Below are positions 1 to 9,309 of a DNA stretch of 64,000 nt, one piece after another. Below the pieces are notes generated by a model. The model did not search any database. It saw only the letters and a program-made list of their open reading frames with translations, and was not told where the DNA came from. Both the position numbers and the translations under genes were made by a program. The DNA is from Candidatus Latescibacterota bacterium (GTDB lineage: Bacteria > Latescibacterota > UBA2968). How positions within the stretch are numbered: position 1 is the first letter of the stretch; every line of letters begins with the position of its first letter. The DNA lies in contig OZ242010.1 in assembly GCA_965204745.1 (NCBI GenBank), positions 132,007 to 196,006 of the forward strand. The letters are read 5' to 3'.

Positions 1-170
1 AAAGGATGTAGCGGGCACAGACGCCGCAAGTAGGGTAGCGACCACAGATTGGGATTGGAGGTTGAGTGAAGGATGCTACGGGTACGAAGGACACAGCGGT
101 TGTGGAGAGTGGATAGGTTTTTAATCCGCGCAATCCCTAAATCCGCGCCAATCCGCGATTCAGACAAATG
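1..170. repeat. Fragment of mosaic interspersed repeat ending in the 'aatccgcg...aatccgcgattcagaca' motif. Related copies at 24300-24355, 28625-28672 (reverse) and 51880-51930.
   Basis: Direct sequence comparison within the window. The motif 'taatccgcgcaatcc...aatccgcgattcagaca' recurs four times. Confidence 0.5.
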
Positions 171-236
171 ACGAGGAAGATTGTCCTGTCTGTGAACATT
201 GCTCCCTTTCCTGTCAGGAAGGGGCCGGGGGTAGGT

Positions 237-641
237 TTATACCTCGAATTTTGTGCCCACCTCGTCTTTGTGCTCGTTGGCGATGACGTAAAAGACCAAG
301 GCCTTGGTCGCGCTGCTGTTTCGGATGCGATGGCGCGTGCCGGCCGGTTGCATCAAGCAATCGCCGACAACGGCTTCCACGGTCTCGCCCTCGCGTTGCA
401 CTATCGCCTTGCCGGACACGATGATGAAAAATTCCCACTGATGGCTGTGTGCGTGAACAGGACACGGACGCGCGCCCGGGGGCACGCGGGTCAATTCCAC
501 GTCAAAGGGATGGGGATTGTCTTTGGTGTTGCCCAGTGCCACGGAGATGTGCTGGCGATGGCGTTCATAAGTGTTGTCCTGCCATTGCCATTGCTGATAT
601 TCCACCGGCACATCTTTGAGGTTGATTTTCCAGATCGACAT
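237..641 (-). CDS. Cupin-domain protein (134 aa)
   Basis: Translation shows a cupin_2-like core (PCPVHAHSHQWEFFIIVSGKA...GTRHRIRN). An SD-like 'aaaggaaaaaat' lies upstream of the ATG at 641. The 168-674 + ORF is its antisense. Confidence 0.65.
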   Translation of the reverse strand: MSIWKINLKDVPVEYQQWQWQDNTYERHRQHISVALGNTKDNPHPFDVELTRVPPGARPCPVHAHSHQWEFFIIVSGKAIVQREGETVEAVVGDCLMQPAGTRHRIRNSSATKALVFYVIANEHKDEVGTKFEV

Positions 642-689
642 ATTTTTTCCTTTTTGGAAAGCGGTGGGAACTGATAGCTGACCGCTTGG

Positions 690-1021
690 GGATTAGGGAC
701 TGACCACTGACCACTGACCACTGACTACTTGAGAAGGATAGCGCGGCTACCTTCTCCCCTCTTGCATCTTTGGGCGAACACGGGAGTATCGCTCCTACAT
801 CTGCGCCCTCTGCATGATCTGCGAGCCGCCTTTGGGCGGCGATGGGCGGGGACTGACCACTGACCACTGACTACTTGAGAAGGATAGCGCGGCTACCTTC
901 TCCCCTCTGTATCTTTGGACGAGCACGAGGACGTCGCCCCTACATCTGCGCCCTCTGCATGATCTGCGAACCGCCTTTGGGCGGCGATGGGCGGGGACTG
1001 ACTACTGACTACTGACCACTG
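690..1021. repeat. Tandem duplication of a ~150-bp unit (2.3 copies). Each unit starts with CTGACCA/CTGACTA heptamer runs.
   Basis: The unit 'gggactgaccactgaccactgactacttgagaaggatagcgcggctaccttctcccctc...gggcggcgatgggcg' is seen twice plus a partial third copy. The last heptamers encode the C-terminal 'VISSQ' of the downstream galE-galT gene. Confidence 0.8.
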
Positions 1022-1022
1022 A

Positions 1023-3188
1023 CTACTGACTACTGATTACTGTTGCCTTTCTCATCGCCCAGCGAATTTCCTCTGCGGTCGTATTCGGGTCCGAGGGGTT
1101 GATGAGGTTGCCGAAAATGTCTGCGCCCACCACATGTTTTCGCAGGCCGGGGCCGCGGAGGAGGGACGTGATGTGGATTTGCATGTGATAGCCGTAGTCG
1201 ATGCCATTTGTGGGGGCTTGCATCAGGGCTAAGGTGTAGTGATAGGGGGCGTTGAACAAGCGGTCTAAGCCGCGGAGGACATCGCGCACCACCATTGCGA
1301 GGTCGCGCCGTTGTGCGGCTTGCAAGTCCAACAGGCTCGGCGCGTGCGCCTTGGGGGTGATGATCACGTCGTAAGGGAACTGCGCGGCATACGGAACATA
1401 ACCCAGCGCGTGTGGGCGATCAGACACAACGCGCCGTCCGTCTTGGGATTCAATGCGGTTGGCGTCGCAAACAAAACAGCGCCCGGTTCTCTCGCGGTGG
1501 GACGCGAACCGCGCCAACTGCGGTTTCACCATCAGGTCCGGAATGTCGCCGTAGGCATAGACCTGCCCGTGCGGGTGGGGTTGCGAATTGCCCATCACCG
1601 CGCCGCGATTCTCAAAAATCAAGGGATAGGCGATCTCGGCCTTTTTCCCCAAGCGCGCGTAAATCTCTGCCCAGGCGTCGATGACGCGGACGAACTCGGC
1701 TAAGGACAAGGTGGACAATCGTTGCGCGTGATCGCGGCTATAGACCACGACTTCGCAGATGCCTCGGCAGGTGCGAGACGCATAAGGCCCCAGTTGTTCG
1801 CGGGTTTGGTAGGCGTCTAATTCCAACGCGGGAAAATCGTTCTCAAATGTCCACACGCCCTCGTAATTCGGATTCGCATCGCCGCGTGCGCGTGCGTTGC
1901 CGGGGCAGAGATAACAGTCGGGATGATAGGCGCGATCAGCAGATTCGTCCATCTCTTGCGTTTCTCCGTGCCAGGGCCTGTCTCGGCGATGGGCCGCGAT
2001 ATTGACCCACCTGTTCCAAAACGGATTGAACCGTTCCTCTTGCACGACCCGATACCCGTGCGGATGCAGGCGATGCCAGTGCCAAGCGGAGTCGATGATG
2101 TCGCGTAACGACTCTTGTGCGACCCAACCCAGTTCGCGCCGAATGCGGCTCGGATCCGCGATCAGCGTTGCCGGATCGCCCTGTCGGCGCGCACCAATCG
2201 CCGTGGGAATCGCATGCCCGGTGATGTCGCGTGCGGCTTCTACAATCTCCTTGACGCTCCAGCCATAGCCCATGCCGAGATTGTAAGTCGCGGACGGCCC
2301 GCCCAGCAACAACCCGTCCAAACTCTTGATATGGGCATCGGCTAATTCCACCACCGAGAGGTAATCGCGCACAGCCGTGCCGTCGGGCGTCGCGTAATCA
2401 TCGCCAAACAAGACGAGTTTGTCGCGTTGTCCCAACGCCACTTGCAAAATGAGGGGGATTAGATGCGTCTCGGGCGCGTGGTCTTCGCCGATCAAACGCG
2501 AGGGGTCCGCGCCCGCGGTATTGAAATACCGGAGGACGACATAAGGCGCGCCAGTGCGTTGCTCTGTGTAGTGCAACATGCGTTCCCCCATCATTTTTGT
2601 GATGCCATAGACGTTCAGGGGGATTTTCAGCATGGCGATATCTTCTTCGCACAATTTGAACGCGCTGTGTTTTTCGCACCACTTTAGCAGGGTGTCAAAA
2701 TTGACCGCCGCGGGCATCAACTGGCTGTGGTCAAAGCCCCCAGCTGCGATCCATCGTTGCGGATAATCCTCTTTCAATGGGAGGTGTTCTGCGCGGGGTT
2801 CGCCGTAAATTGCGGCGGTCGACGATTTTACGAGAGGCAACCCGCTGGCTATGTCCAGCAAGTTTTGAAATGCAACGACATTGTGATCAAAATACAGGCG
2901 CGGCGCGGTTTGGGATTCCCCGACCAAAATTTTGGCGGCAAAGTCGATGATCCCGCAAAACTCGTGGCGTTCAAAAACACAGGCCAGAGCATCGCGGTCG
3001 AGCAAACTGACATGCTCGAAACAAAATTGCTCTGGCCCATACACTTGTTCAAACAAGGTGACGACTTCCCGGTTGCCCGTCGACAAGTCGTCTAACACCA
3101 CCACGCGGCGATGATCTTCCAACAACCGCCGAACCGCATGGCTGCCAATATAACCCGCGCCCCCCGTCACCAAAACAGCATGCTCCAT
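1023..3188 (-). CDS. Bifunctional fusion: UDP-glucose 4-epimerase (GalE, N-terminal ~340 aa) fused to galactose-1-phosphate uridylyltransferase (GalT, C-terminal ~375 aa)
   Basis: The N-terminus has the NAD-binding VLVTGGAGYIGSH and a GalE fold. The C-terminus has the GalT hallmarks RFNPFWNRWVNIAAHRRDRPW, HPDCYLCPGN (Zn site) and FENRGAVMGNSQPHPHGQVYA (HxHxQ uridylyl-His motif). It is one continuous 721-aa ORF. Confidence 0.8.
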   Translation of the reverse strand: MEHAVLVTGGAGYIGSHAVRRLLEDHRRVVVLDDLSTGNREVVTLFEQVYGPEQFCFEHVSLLDRDALACVFERHEFCGIIDFAAKILVGESQTAPRLYFDHNVVAFQNLLDIASGLPLVKSSTAAIYGEPRAEHLPLKEDYPQRWIAAGGFDHSQLMPAAVNFDTLLKWCEKHSAFKLCEEDIAMLKIPLNVYGITKMMGERMLHYTEQRTGAPYVVLRYFNTAGADPSRLIGEDHAPETHLIPLILQVALGQRDKLVLFGDDYATPDGTAVRDYLSVVELADAHIKSLDGLLLGGPSATYNLGMGYGWSVKEIVEAARDITGHAIPTAIGARRQGDPATLIADPSRIRRELGWVAQESLRDIIDSAWHWHRLHPHGYRVVQEERFNPFWNRWVNIAAHRRDRPWHGETQEMDESADRAYHPDCYLCPGNARARGDANPNYEGVWTFENDFPALELDAYQTREQLGPYASRTCRGICEVVVYSRDHAQRLSTLSLAEFVRVIDAWAEIYARLGKKAEIAYPLIFENRGAVMGNSQPHPHGQVYAYGDIPDLMVKPQLARFASHRERTGRCFVCDANRIESQDGRRVVSDRPHALGYVPYAAQFPYDVIITPKAHAPSLLDLQAAQRRDLAMVVRDVLRGLDRLFNAPYHYTLALMQAPTNGIDYGYHMQIHITSLLRGPGLRKHVVGADIFGNLINPSDPNTTAEEIRWAMRKATVISSQ

Positions 3189-3231
3189 ACGTCAAACCTC
3201 TTTGTCTATTGATGCTTTTAGCCGCGCAATT

Positions 3232-4122
3232 TCATCGCGTTTCTTCAATGCGTTTGGCGATGAGCCGCTTTAATTCTGTAAAATCAGCAGGGACATATTT
3301 GGCGTTTCTGAGCAGATCCTTCGCGACCTCATTGATCTTTTCGCGTCCTTGTAGTTGCGTCCCATCTGTCGAGATGACTCGAAAATATCCGGAATTAATT
3401 ACCTGTGCGAGCACCCTTTTGCCGCTAACCCTATCCAACCAATCACCCGAGCCAAAGGCGAGTTGGTCGTTGCCATTTGTCATTTCCTCAAGACATTCCT
3501 CAAAGCGGCGTTCCACCTCTTCAGCAGAAACCGCATTCTCAACACGGATGCGATGTTGATCAAATTCGTTCGCCTGGTTCAATTTTTCCAAAGCGATTTC
3601 TTTGGAGGGAAAGTCATCGGGATTGGAAAATATTTTAATCCACTCCTCCTTTAGGTCTTCCCGGATAGAGATAATGACATGGTTCGCAACATCGAGAAAC
3701 AACCGCTTGTTGGCAAATTGTAGAATTTGTCGCGCCAGATCGTCTTGTTCGGCTTGGCAAAACCGCGACTGAATGAGATAGTTCGGATCTAAAAAATAGT
3801 TTTCGATCTCCCGTCGTCTCCAGACGAGTAGGTTGGATGTAGCAGGGTTCGGAAAATCGCGCCAGCAACGGTTTATGAACTCAATTTTGTGGTGATCGCG
3901 GTCGATCAAAAAATAATAGGTCGGATGGTGGGGGTGCAAAGCCTCCGCAACGCTTTTTACTGAATAGGCAGGGCCAAGAGGCTCTATGCGAAGGCGAGGG
4001 TCAAAAAGTTCACTGAGAACTTTGGGGTCAAAAGCATTCTGATCTTTCCCTTCGACAAAGAGAACATGTCGTGCCTGAAAGTGGACGCTTTCAGAACGGA
4101 TTCCCCTTCTAACGCCGATCAT
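3232..4122 (-). CDS. DUF4435 / OLD-type TOPRIM nuclease-like protein (AriB-like), ~296 aa
   Basis: The motifs VLFVEGKDQNAF, YYFLIDRDH and RREIENYFLDPNYL match the DUF4435/TOPRIM pattern. The start ATG at 4122 overlaps the stop of the upstream ATPase gene (ATGA overlap). The track ORF 3232-4332 has an N-terminal read-through. Confidence 0.6.
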   Translation of the reverse strand: MIGVRRGIRSESVHFQARHVLFVEGKDQNAFDPKVLSELFDPRLRIEPLGPAYSVKSVAEALHPHHPTYYFLIDRDHHKIEFINRCWRDFPNPATSNLLVWRRREIENYFLDPNYLIQSRFCQAEQDDLARQILQFANKRLFLDVANHVIISIREDLKEEWIKIFSNPDDFPSKEIALEKLNQANEFDQHRIRVENAVSAEEVERRFEECLEEMTNGNDQLAFGSGDWLDRVSGKRVLAQVINSGYFRVISTDGTQLQGREKINEVAKDLLRNAKYVPADFTELKRLIAKRIEETR

Positions 4123-5183
4123 GTGCCATCCTCCTGTTCTTCCACCAAGAGAATGCGCCGATCTTCGGCAACCGAGTCCATGATCTCTTCGGAATGGGTT
4201 GCGATGATATATTGATTTTTCGGTGCCAAGTCCACGAGATCTTTGACAAAAGTGCGGTGCCATTGGGCATTCAGGTGCAACTCTGGTTCGTCGATAAACA
4301 CGACCGACGGGTTGTTCTTCGTATGATCCCACACCAAGAACAAAGTCGAAATGATTTCCTTTTGTCCAGAACTCAGACCGTCAAACGTAAATGATTCTCC
4401 GCCGCGCTCGGGTTGCACGCGGAAATCAAAGGTGTTGTCAGGAGACGGGCGGAGTTTACCGATGGTGCCGCGTGCATAACGCGCCATCAACGCATTGAGT
4501 TGCTCTATCGTATCGTCCGGCTCTCGATCTTCCACAGATTCAAAGAGTTGTGCCTTTCCCATCATAGAACGCAAAATCCGCAACTTAAATTCACTCATCG
4601 GCCTGCGTCTCATTCTTGGCAACCGGTCTCGGTCCACCAGCATGCCGAGTTCTGGATTTCCCTCTTGAACTTTGCGATAGCTGTGGAACAAGAGAAAGGT
4701 ATTCTCGACAACTGGGTTGGGCGTAAAGCCACAGATCGCGTTTATGAAATCGTCAAGATCGCGTTCTGAAACAGACCGTTCATTTGCCACCATTTTTTTT
4801 TCAAGCGATTTACCAGATATAGTGCCGTCGCCACGCCGATCTATCCGAATTTGCACCTTGCCCAATGCCTCGCCAAAGGCGATGTCGCCGGCAATTTCCG
4901 CACATTGTGCATCCGATCTGATCAGCAAGTCGGGCACATCCACACTTGAATAATAGTCGGTCAAGTCGGTGAAAGAAAAATTCTCTTCCTCGAGCGTTGC
5001 CGCCAAAAGCAATAGCGAGCAACACTCAATAATTGCTGTCTTGCCGATCCCGTTCTCGCTACCCATCACGAGGATATCCGGATCGCCGGACATTTTAGGC
5101 GGGGGAAAGTGCAACTCGAGTTCGTCAATGCCCTTGTAATTTTGGATGGCTATTCGCCTGATCTGGATGGACATTTTTTTCAT
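4119..5183 (-). CDS. ABC-type ATPase of the AAA_15/AAA_21 (OLD/SMC-like) class, AriA-like, ~354 aa
   Basis: It has Walker A GSENGIGKT, signature LSSGQKE, Walker B VVFIDEPELHLN and H-loop IIATHSEE. A strong SD 'GAGGAGG' lies 5 nt upstream of the ATG at 5183 (MKKMSIQIRRIAIQNYKGI...). Only 13 bp separate it from the uvrB stop. Confidence 0.65.
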   Translation of the reverse strand: MKKMSIQIRRIAIQNYKGIDELELHFPPPKMSGDPDILVMGSENGIGKTAIIECCSLLLLAATLEEENFSFTDLTDYYSSVDVPDLLIRSDAQCAEIAGDIAFGEALGKVQIRIDRRGDGTISGKSLEKKMVANERSVSERDLDDFINAICGFTPNPVVENTFLLFHSYRKVQEGNPELGMLVDRDRLPRMRRRPMSEFKLRILRSMMGKAQLFESVEDREPDDTIEQLNALMARYARGTIGKLRPSPDNTFDFRVQPERGGESFTFDGLSSGQKEIISTLFLVWDHTKNNPSVVFIDEPELHLNAQWHRTFVKDLVDLAPKNQYIIATHSEEIMDSVAEDRRILLVEEQEDGT

Positions 5184-5196
5184 GATGACCTCCTCG

Positions 5197-7185
5197 TTAC
5201 GCAATCTCTGCTTTTAGCCGCGCAATTTCATCGCGGTAGTGCGCGGCTTTTTCAAACTCTAAGTTTTCGGCGGCTTCGGCCATTTGGCGCGTGAGTTCTT
5301 CGATCAGCTCCAGTTGATTGTCGCTGTCCAAATAGGCTGCGGATTCCTCGGCGACCAGGGGCAGGTCTTCGGCTTGCTCGTCGGCCACCGCTGTCGATTG
5401 GAGAATCTCCTCTCGGGTCTTGTACAGGGTCTTGGGGGTGATGCCGTGGTTGGCATTGTACGCCTCTTGCAATGCGCGGCGGCGATTGGTCTCGTCGATG
5501 GCGCGGCGCATCGAATCCGTCACCTTATCCGCGTACATGATCACCGTGCCTTCCGCATTGCGGGCCGCGCGCCCGGCCGTTTGAATCAGCGAGCGTTCGG
5601 ACCGCAAAAAGCCCTCCTTATCCGCGTCTAAAATCGCCACCAGCGACACTTCGGGCAAATCCAAGCCCTCGCGCAACAAGTTCACGCCCACGAGCACGTC
5701 AAACTCGCCCAAGCGCAAATCGCGGATGATCGCCACGCGCTCGAGCGAATCCACATCCGAGTGCATATAGCGCGCGCCGATGCCCAACTCGCGCATGTAT
5801 TCCGACAAGTCTTCGGCCATGCGCTTGGTCAGGGTCGTCACCAACACGCGATGCCCGCTCTCCACGCGCTGCCGGGCCTCTTCGATGAGATCATCGACCT
5901 GCCCGCGCACCGGGCGCACGATCATTTTGGGATCGAGCAAGCCGGTGGGCCGAATCACCTGCTCGACCACCACGCCCTCGCAGCGTTCCAACTCGTAATC
6001 CGCGGGCGTGGCCGACATGAAAACGACCTGCTTGGCCTTTTGTTCAAACTCCTCGAAATACAGGGGGCGATTGTCCAGCGCGGCGGGCAATCTGAACCCG
6101 TGCTCGATCAACACCTCTTTGCGAGACCGGTCCCCGTTCCACATGCCGCGCAACTGCGGCACTGTGACGTGGGATTCGTCCAGCACGATCAGAAAATCGT
6201 CTGAAAAATAATCCAACAACACATAAGGTGCTTCCCCGGGCGCGCGCCCGTCGATGTAGCGCGAATAATTTTCAATGCCCTGGCAGAACCCGATCTCGCG
6301 CATCATCTCGATATCGTAGCGCGTCCGCATTTCCAACCGCTGTGCCTCCAACAATTTGCCCTGGTTGTGAAACGCCTCCAATTGTTGGGTCAAATCAAAT
6401 TCGATCTTTGCTATGGCTCTCTCGATCCGATTGCCGCTGGTGACGAAGTGTTTGGCCGGATAAATGACGATGCGGTCGCGTTCTTCGATCACCTCGCCCG
6501 TTACCGGATGCACGATGCACAGCGCGTCGACCTCGTCGCCAAAAAACTCCACGCGCACCGGATGCTCGCGCTCGGGCGGATAAATTTCGACCACATCGCC
6601 GCGCACCCGAAACGCGGCCGGCGCGAGTTCTATGTCATTGCGCGCAAAGTGAATGTCCACGAGTTTTCGCAACATGGCATCGCGGTCCATCTCTGCGCCG
6701 CGATCCAACACGACGAGGTGATCCTCGTATTCCGTGGGGTTGCCAATGCCGTAAATGCACGACACACTCGCCACGATGATCACGTCTTGCCGCTCCATCA
6801 ACGCACTGGTCGCGCGCAGGCGCAAGCGGTTGATTTCATCGTTGATATCCGATTCTTTTTCAATAAATGTATCCGTCACGGGTTTGTACGCTTCCGGCTG
6901 GTAATAGTCGTAATACGAGATGAAATACTCCACGGCATTGCGCGGGAAAAAGCTGCGAAACTCCCCGTAGAGTTGCGCGGCCAGGGTCTTGTTGTGGGAA
7001 ATCACGAGCGTGGGCTTTTGAATGGCTTCGATCACTTTTGACATGGAAAACGTCTTTCCCGTGCCCGTGGCGCCCAACAAAGTCTGGTACCGCATGCCCG
7101 TGCGAATGCCCTGGGCGAGTTCTTCGATGGCCCGCGGCTGATCCCCGGCCGGCTCAAAAGGCGATACCACTTCAAATTTCGGCAT
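5197..7185 (-). CDS. uvrB: Excinuclease ABC subunit B (UvrB)
   Basis: [23 protein letters not shown]...GATGTGKTF, helicase motifs, and a C-terminal UVR domain ([19 protein letters not shown]). The start is chosen at the conserved MPKF (7185) rather than the ORF start 7242. Confidence 0.9.
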   Translation of the reverse strand: MPKFEVVSPFEPAGDQPRAIEELAQGIRTGMRYQTLLGATGTGKTFSMSKVIEAIQKPTLVISHNKTLAAQLYGEFRSFFPRNAVEYFISYYDYYQPEAYKPVTDTFIEKESDINDEINRLRLRATSALMERQDVIIVASVSCIYGIGNPTEYEDHLVVLDRGAEMDRDAMLRKLVDIHFARNDIELAPAAFRVRGDVVEIYPPEREHPVRVEFFGDEVDALCIVHPVTGEVIEERDRIVIYPAKHFVTSGNRIERAIAKIEFDLTQQLEAFHNQGKLLEAQRLEMRTRYDIEMMREIGFCQGIENYSRYIDGRAPGEAPYVLLDYFSDDFLIVLDESHVTVPQLRGMWNGDRSRKEVLIEHGFRLPAALDNRPLYFEEFEQKAKQVVFMSATPADYELERCEGVVVEQVIRPTGLLDPKMIVRPVRGQVDDLIEEARQRVESGHRVLVTTLTKRMAEDLSEYMRELGIGARYMHSDVDSLERVAIIRDLRLGEFDVLVGVNLLREGLDLPEVSLVAILDADKEGFLRSERSLIQTAGRAARNAEGTVIMYADKVTDSMRRAIDETNRRRALQEAYNANHGITPKTLYKTREEILQSTAVADEQAEDLPLVAEESAAYLDSDNQLELIEELTRQMAEAAENLEFEKAAHYRDEIARLKAEIA

Positions 7186-7325
7186 GGCGATGTTCCAAAG
7201 AAAGTGGGGCGTGTTTTCATCCGTCACCCAAGAATATAACATCTCGGGTTTCTGTCAAAGCAAAACCCGGCCAGTGCCCGTGGTTTTTTGGTTTTTTGCG
7301 TGCCATTTTTGATTATCATGATTTT

Positions 7326-7646
7326 ATGACCGAACAGACGCGCACAAAAATTCTGCAATCCACACCGACCGGCATTCGCAAACTCGACCACAAACGCCTG
7401 CGCGCCCAACTGCATCGCGCCGCGCCCCCAGTTGATTACGACCGATATATGCGATCCAAGGCGTGGCAAATCAAACGGCGAAAATTCCTCGCCCACTTCA
7501 ACTGCCAATGCGCCCTGTGCGGCAGCAAAGACCATCTGCACGTCCACCACTTGCACTATGAGACCCTGGGCAACGAGCGCGTGGAAGACGTCCTCGTGTG
7601 TTGCAGGCGGTGCCATTTCCTCGCGCATAAGAAAGGGGAGAGGTGA
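7326..7646 (+). CDS. Small HNH-like zinc-finger protein (~107 aa)
   Basis: CQCALCGSKDHLHVHHLHYETLGNERVEDVLVCCRRCHFLAH fits an HNH/Zn-ribbon pattern (CxxC...HH...N/E...CxxCH..H). The ATG is at 7326 and the C-terminal residues come from a heptamer array. The gene is divergent from uvrB. Confidence 0.45.
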   Translation: MTEQTRTKILQSTPTGIRKLDHKRLRAQLHRAAPPVDYDRYMRSKAWQIKRRKFLAHFNCQCALCGSKDHLHVHHLHYETLGNERVEDVLVCCRRCHFLAHKKGER

Positions 7647-7711
7647 GAGGCAAGAGGCGAGAGGCAAGAAGTGAGAGGCGAGAGGCGAGAGGCAAGAGGT
7701 GAGAGGCAAGC
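7637..7711. repeat. GA-rich heptamer tandem array (GTGAGAG / GCAAGAG / GCGAGAG), ~11 units, with a second short run at 7741-7780
   Basis: Read directly: gagaggtgagaggcaagaggcgagaggcaagaagtgagaggcgagaggcgagaggcaagaggtgagaggcaag. Confidence 0.8.
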
Positions 7712-7953
7712 GAAATGTCTGGCGCGCGTTGCCGAGCTTTATCCGGGAGAGGCGAGAGGCAAGAGGTGAGGGAAAAGACGGGGTTAACGCACGCGGCGGA
7801 GGGGGGAAGAGGAAGGGCACGCACACGGCGGGGCAGGGTGGCGGAGGGGATCGCACTTGGGCGGTTGGGTGGGGTTGCCTCACCTCTCCCGTCTTGCGTC
7901 TCACCGCAGGGGGTTGGGCGGGGTGGGAACTGACCACTAATTCCGGAGCTTCC

Positions 7954-9288
7954 ATGCCAAATATCATCATCATCACCACGCACGACACCGGGCGGCATTT
8001 GGGGTGTTATGGCGTCGAGACTGTGCATACGCCGGCCATTGACGCCATCGCCGAGGATGGATTCAAATTCACGCGCTATTTCACCACGAGCCCGGTGTGT
8101 AGCCCGAGTCGAGGGGCCATGCTCACGGGGCGGTATCCGCAGAGCAATGGCCTGATTGGCCTGACGCATTCGCATTGGAATTGGCGTTTTCATGAGGGCG
8201 AGCGGCACCTCTCGCACATCTTGCGCGACGCGGGTTATCACACGGCCCTGTTCGGCCTGCAACACGAAGCGGCCAACCTCGACGATCTGGGATTTGAGGC
8301 CGTGCATGCCAGGCGGCGTTCAACCGCGCCCGTGGTGGCCCGCACGCTGGCCGATTTTCTCCGCACAGACGCCGCACGCAAAGCCCCGTTTTACGCGCAG
8401 GTCGGCTTTTTTGAAACCCATCGCCCGCACGATTTTGGCGATGTCGAACCCGACGATAGCAAGGGCGTTTTCGTCCCGCCCTATCTCGTCGACAACGAGA
8501 TTTCTCGCAAAGCCCTCGCCTTGCAACAAGGCGCGATCCGCCGGGTGGATGACGCGGTGCGGATCATCACAGACGCGCTCGCGGAAAGCGGCTTGGAGGA
8601 CGATACCCTGCTCGTGTTCACGGTCGATCACGGCATTGAATTTCCCCGCGCCAAGTATTTTTGTTACGACTCGGGCATCGGCGTCGCCCTGCTGATGCGC
8701 TGGCCCGGTGGCGATGTTCGCGGGGGCATAACGTGCGACCACCTGCTCAGCAATGTCGATTTTTTACCCACCCTGATGGACCTCATCGGCCAACCCGTGC
8801 CCGGCAATGTCGAGGGCATCAGCTTTGCCCAAGTGTTCACAAATCCCGATGCGCCGCCGACGAGAGACGCGGTCTTTTCCCTTTTTTGTGACAGCGACAG
8901 CCGCAGCATTCGCACGGACCGCTACAAGTTCATTCGCCACTTCAGCCCGCGCCGTTTGATGGACACGCCGGTCGACATGACAATTTCGCCGGAGGCGGTA
9001 ATCTACGATTTTCTCGGTCGGTGCTTGATAGACGCACCGGGCACTGCAAAAAACCCGCCTAAACCGCGCATCCCACAGCCCGTAGCGCAACTCTACGATT
9101 TGGAAAACGACCCCAACGAGTTTGACGATGTCGCGCGCAATCCCGAATACCGGGACATCTATAACGCCTTGAGCCAACGCCTTTGGCAGTGGATGGAAGA
9201 CGTGAACGACCCCACGCTCAAAAGCCCGCTTCCCACGCCGTATTACTGGGAAGCCATGGCGGATTATCGCAACCCCCACGCGAAATAG
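7954..9288 (+). CDS. Cys-type sulfatase (arylsulfatase family), apparently without signal peptide
   Basis: MPNIIIITTHDTGRHLGCYG...TTSPVCSPSRGAMLTGRYP has the CxPxR formylglycine motif. The 7699-7953 part of the track ORF reads through repeat sequence, and the first ATG preceding the conserved N-terminus is 7954. Confidence 0.8.
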   Translation: MPNIIIITTHDTGRHLGCYGVETVHTPAIDAIAEDGFKFTRYFTTSPVCSPSRGAMLTGRYPQSNGLIGLTHSHWNWRFHEGERHLSHILRDAGYHTALFGLQHEAANLDDLGFEAVHARRRSTAPVVARTLADFLRTDAARKAPFYAQVGFFETHRPHDFGDVEPDDSKGVFVPPYLVDNEISRKALALQQGAIRRVDDAVRIITDALAESGLEDDTLLVFTVDHGIEFPRAKYFCYDSGIGVALLMRWPGGDVRGGITCDHLLSNVDFLPTLMDLIGQPVPGNVEGISFAQVFTNPDAPPTRDAVFSLFCDSDSRSIRTDRYKFIRHFSPRRLMDTPVDMTISPEAVIYDFLGRCLIDAPGTAKNPPKPRIPQPVAQLYDLENDPNEFDDVARNPEYRDIYNALSQRLWQWMEDVNDPTLKSPLPTPYYWEAMADYRNPHAK

Positions 9289-9309
9289 GGGGCGTCCTGA
9301 TCCCACTTC

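Noticed and set aside
168-674. 168-aa + strand ORF
   Set aside because: It is exactly antisense to the cupin gene (237-641, -), which has a recognisable fold and RBS. A GC-rich antisense frame stays open by chance.
7224-8307. ORFs 7224-7988 (-) and 7498-8307 (-), Pro/Arg-rich
   Set aside because: They are translated heptamer arrays and the antisense of the sulfatase N-terminus. They have no start context.
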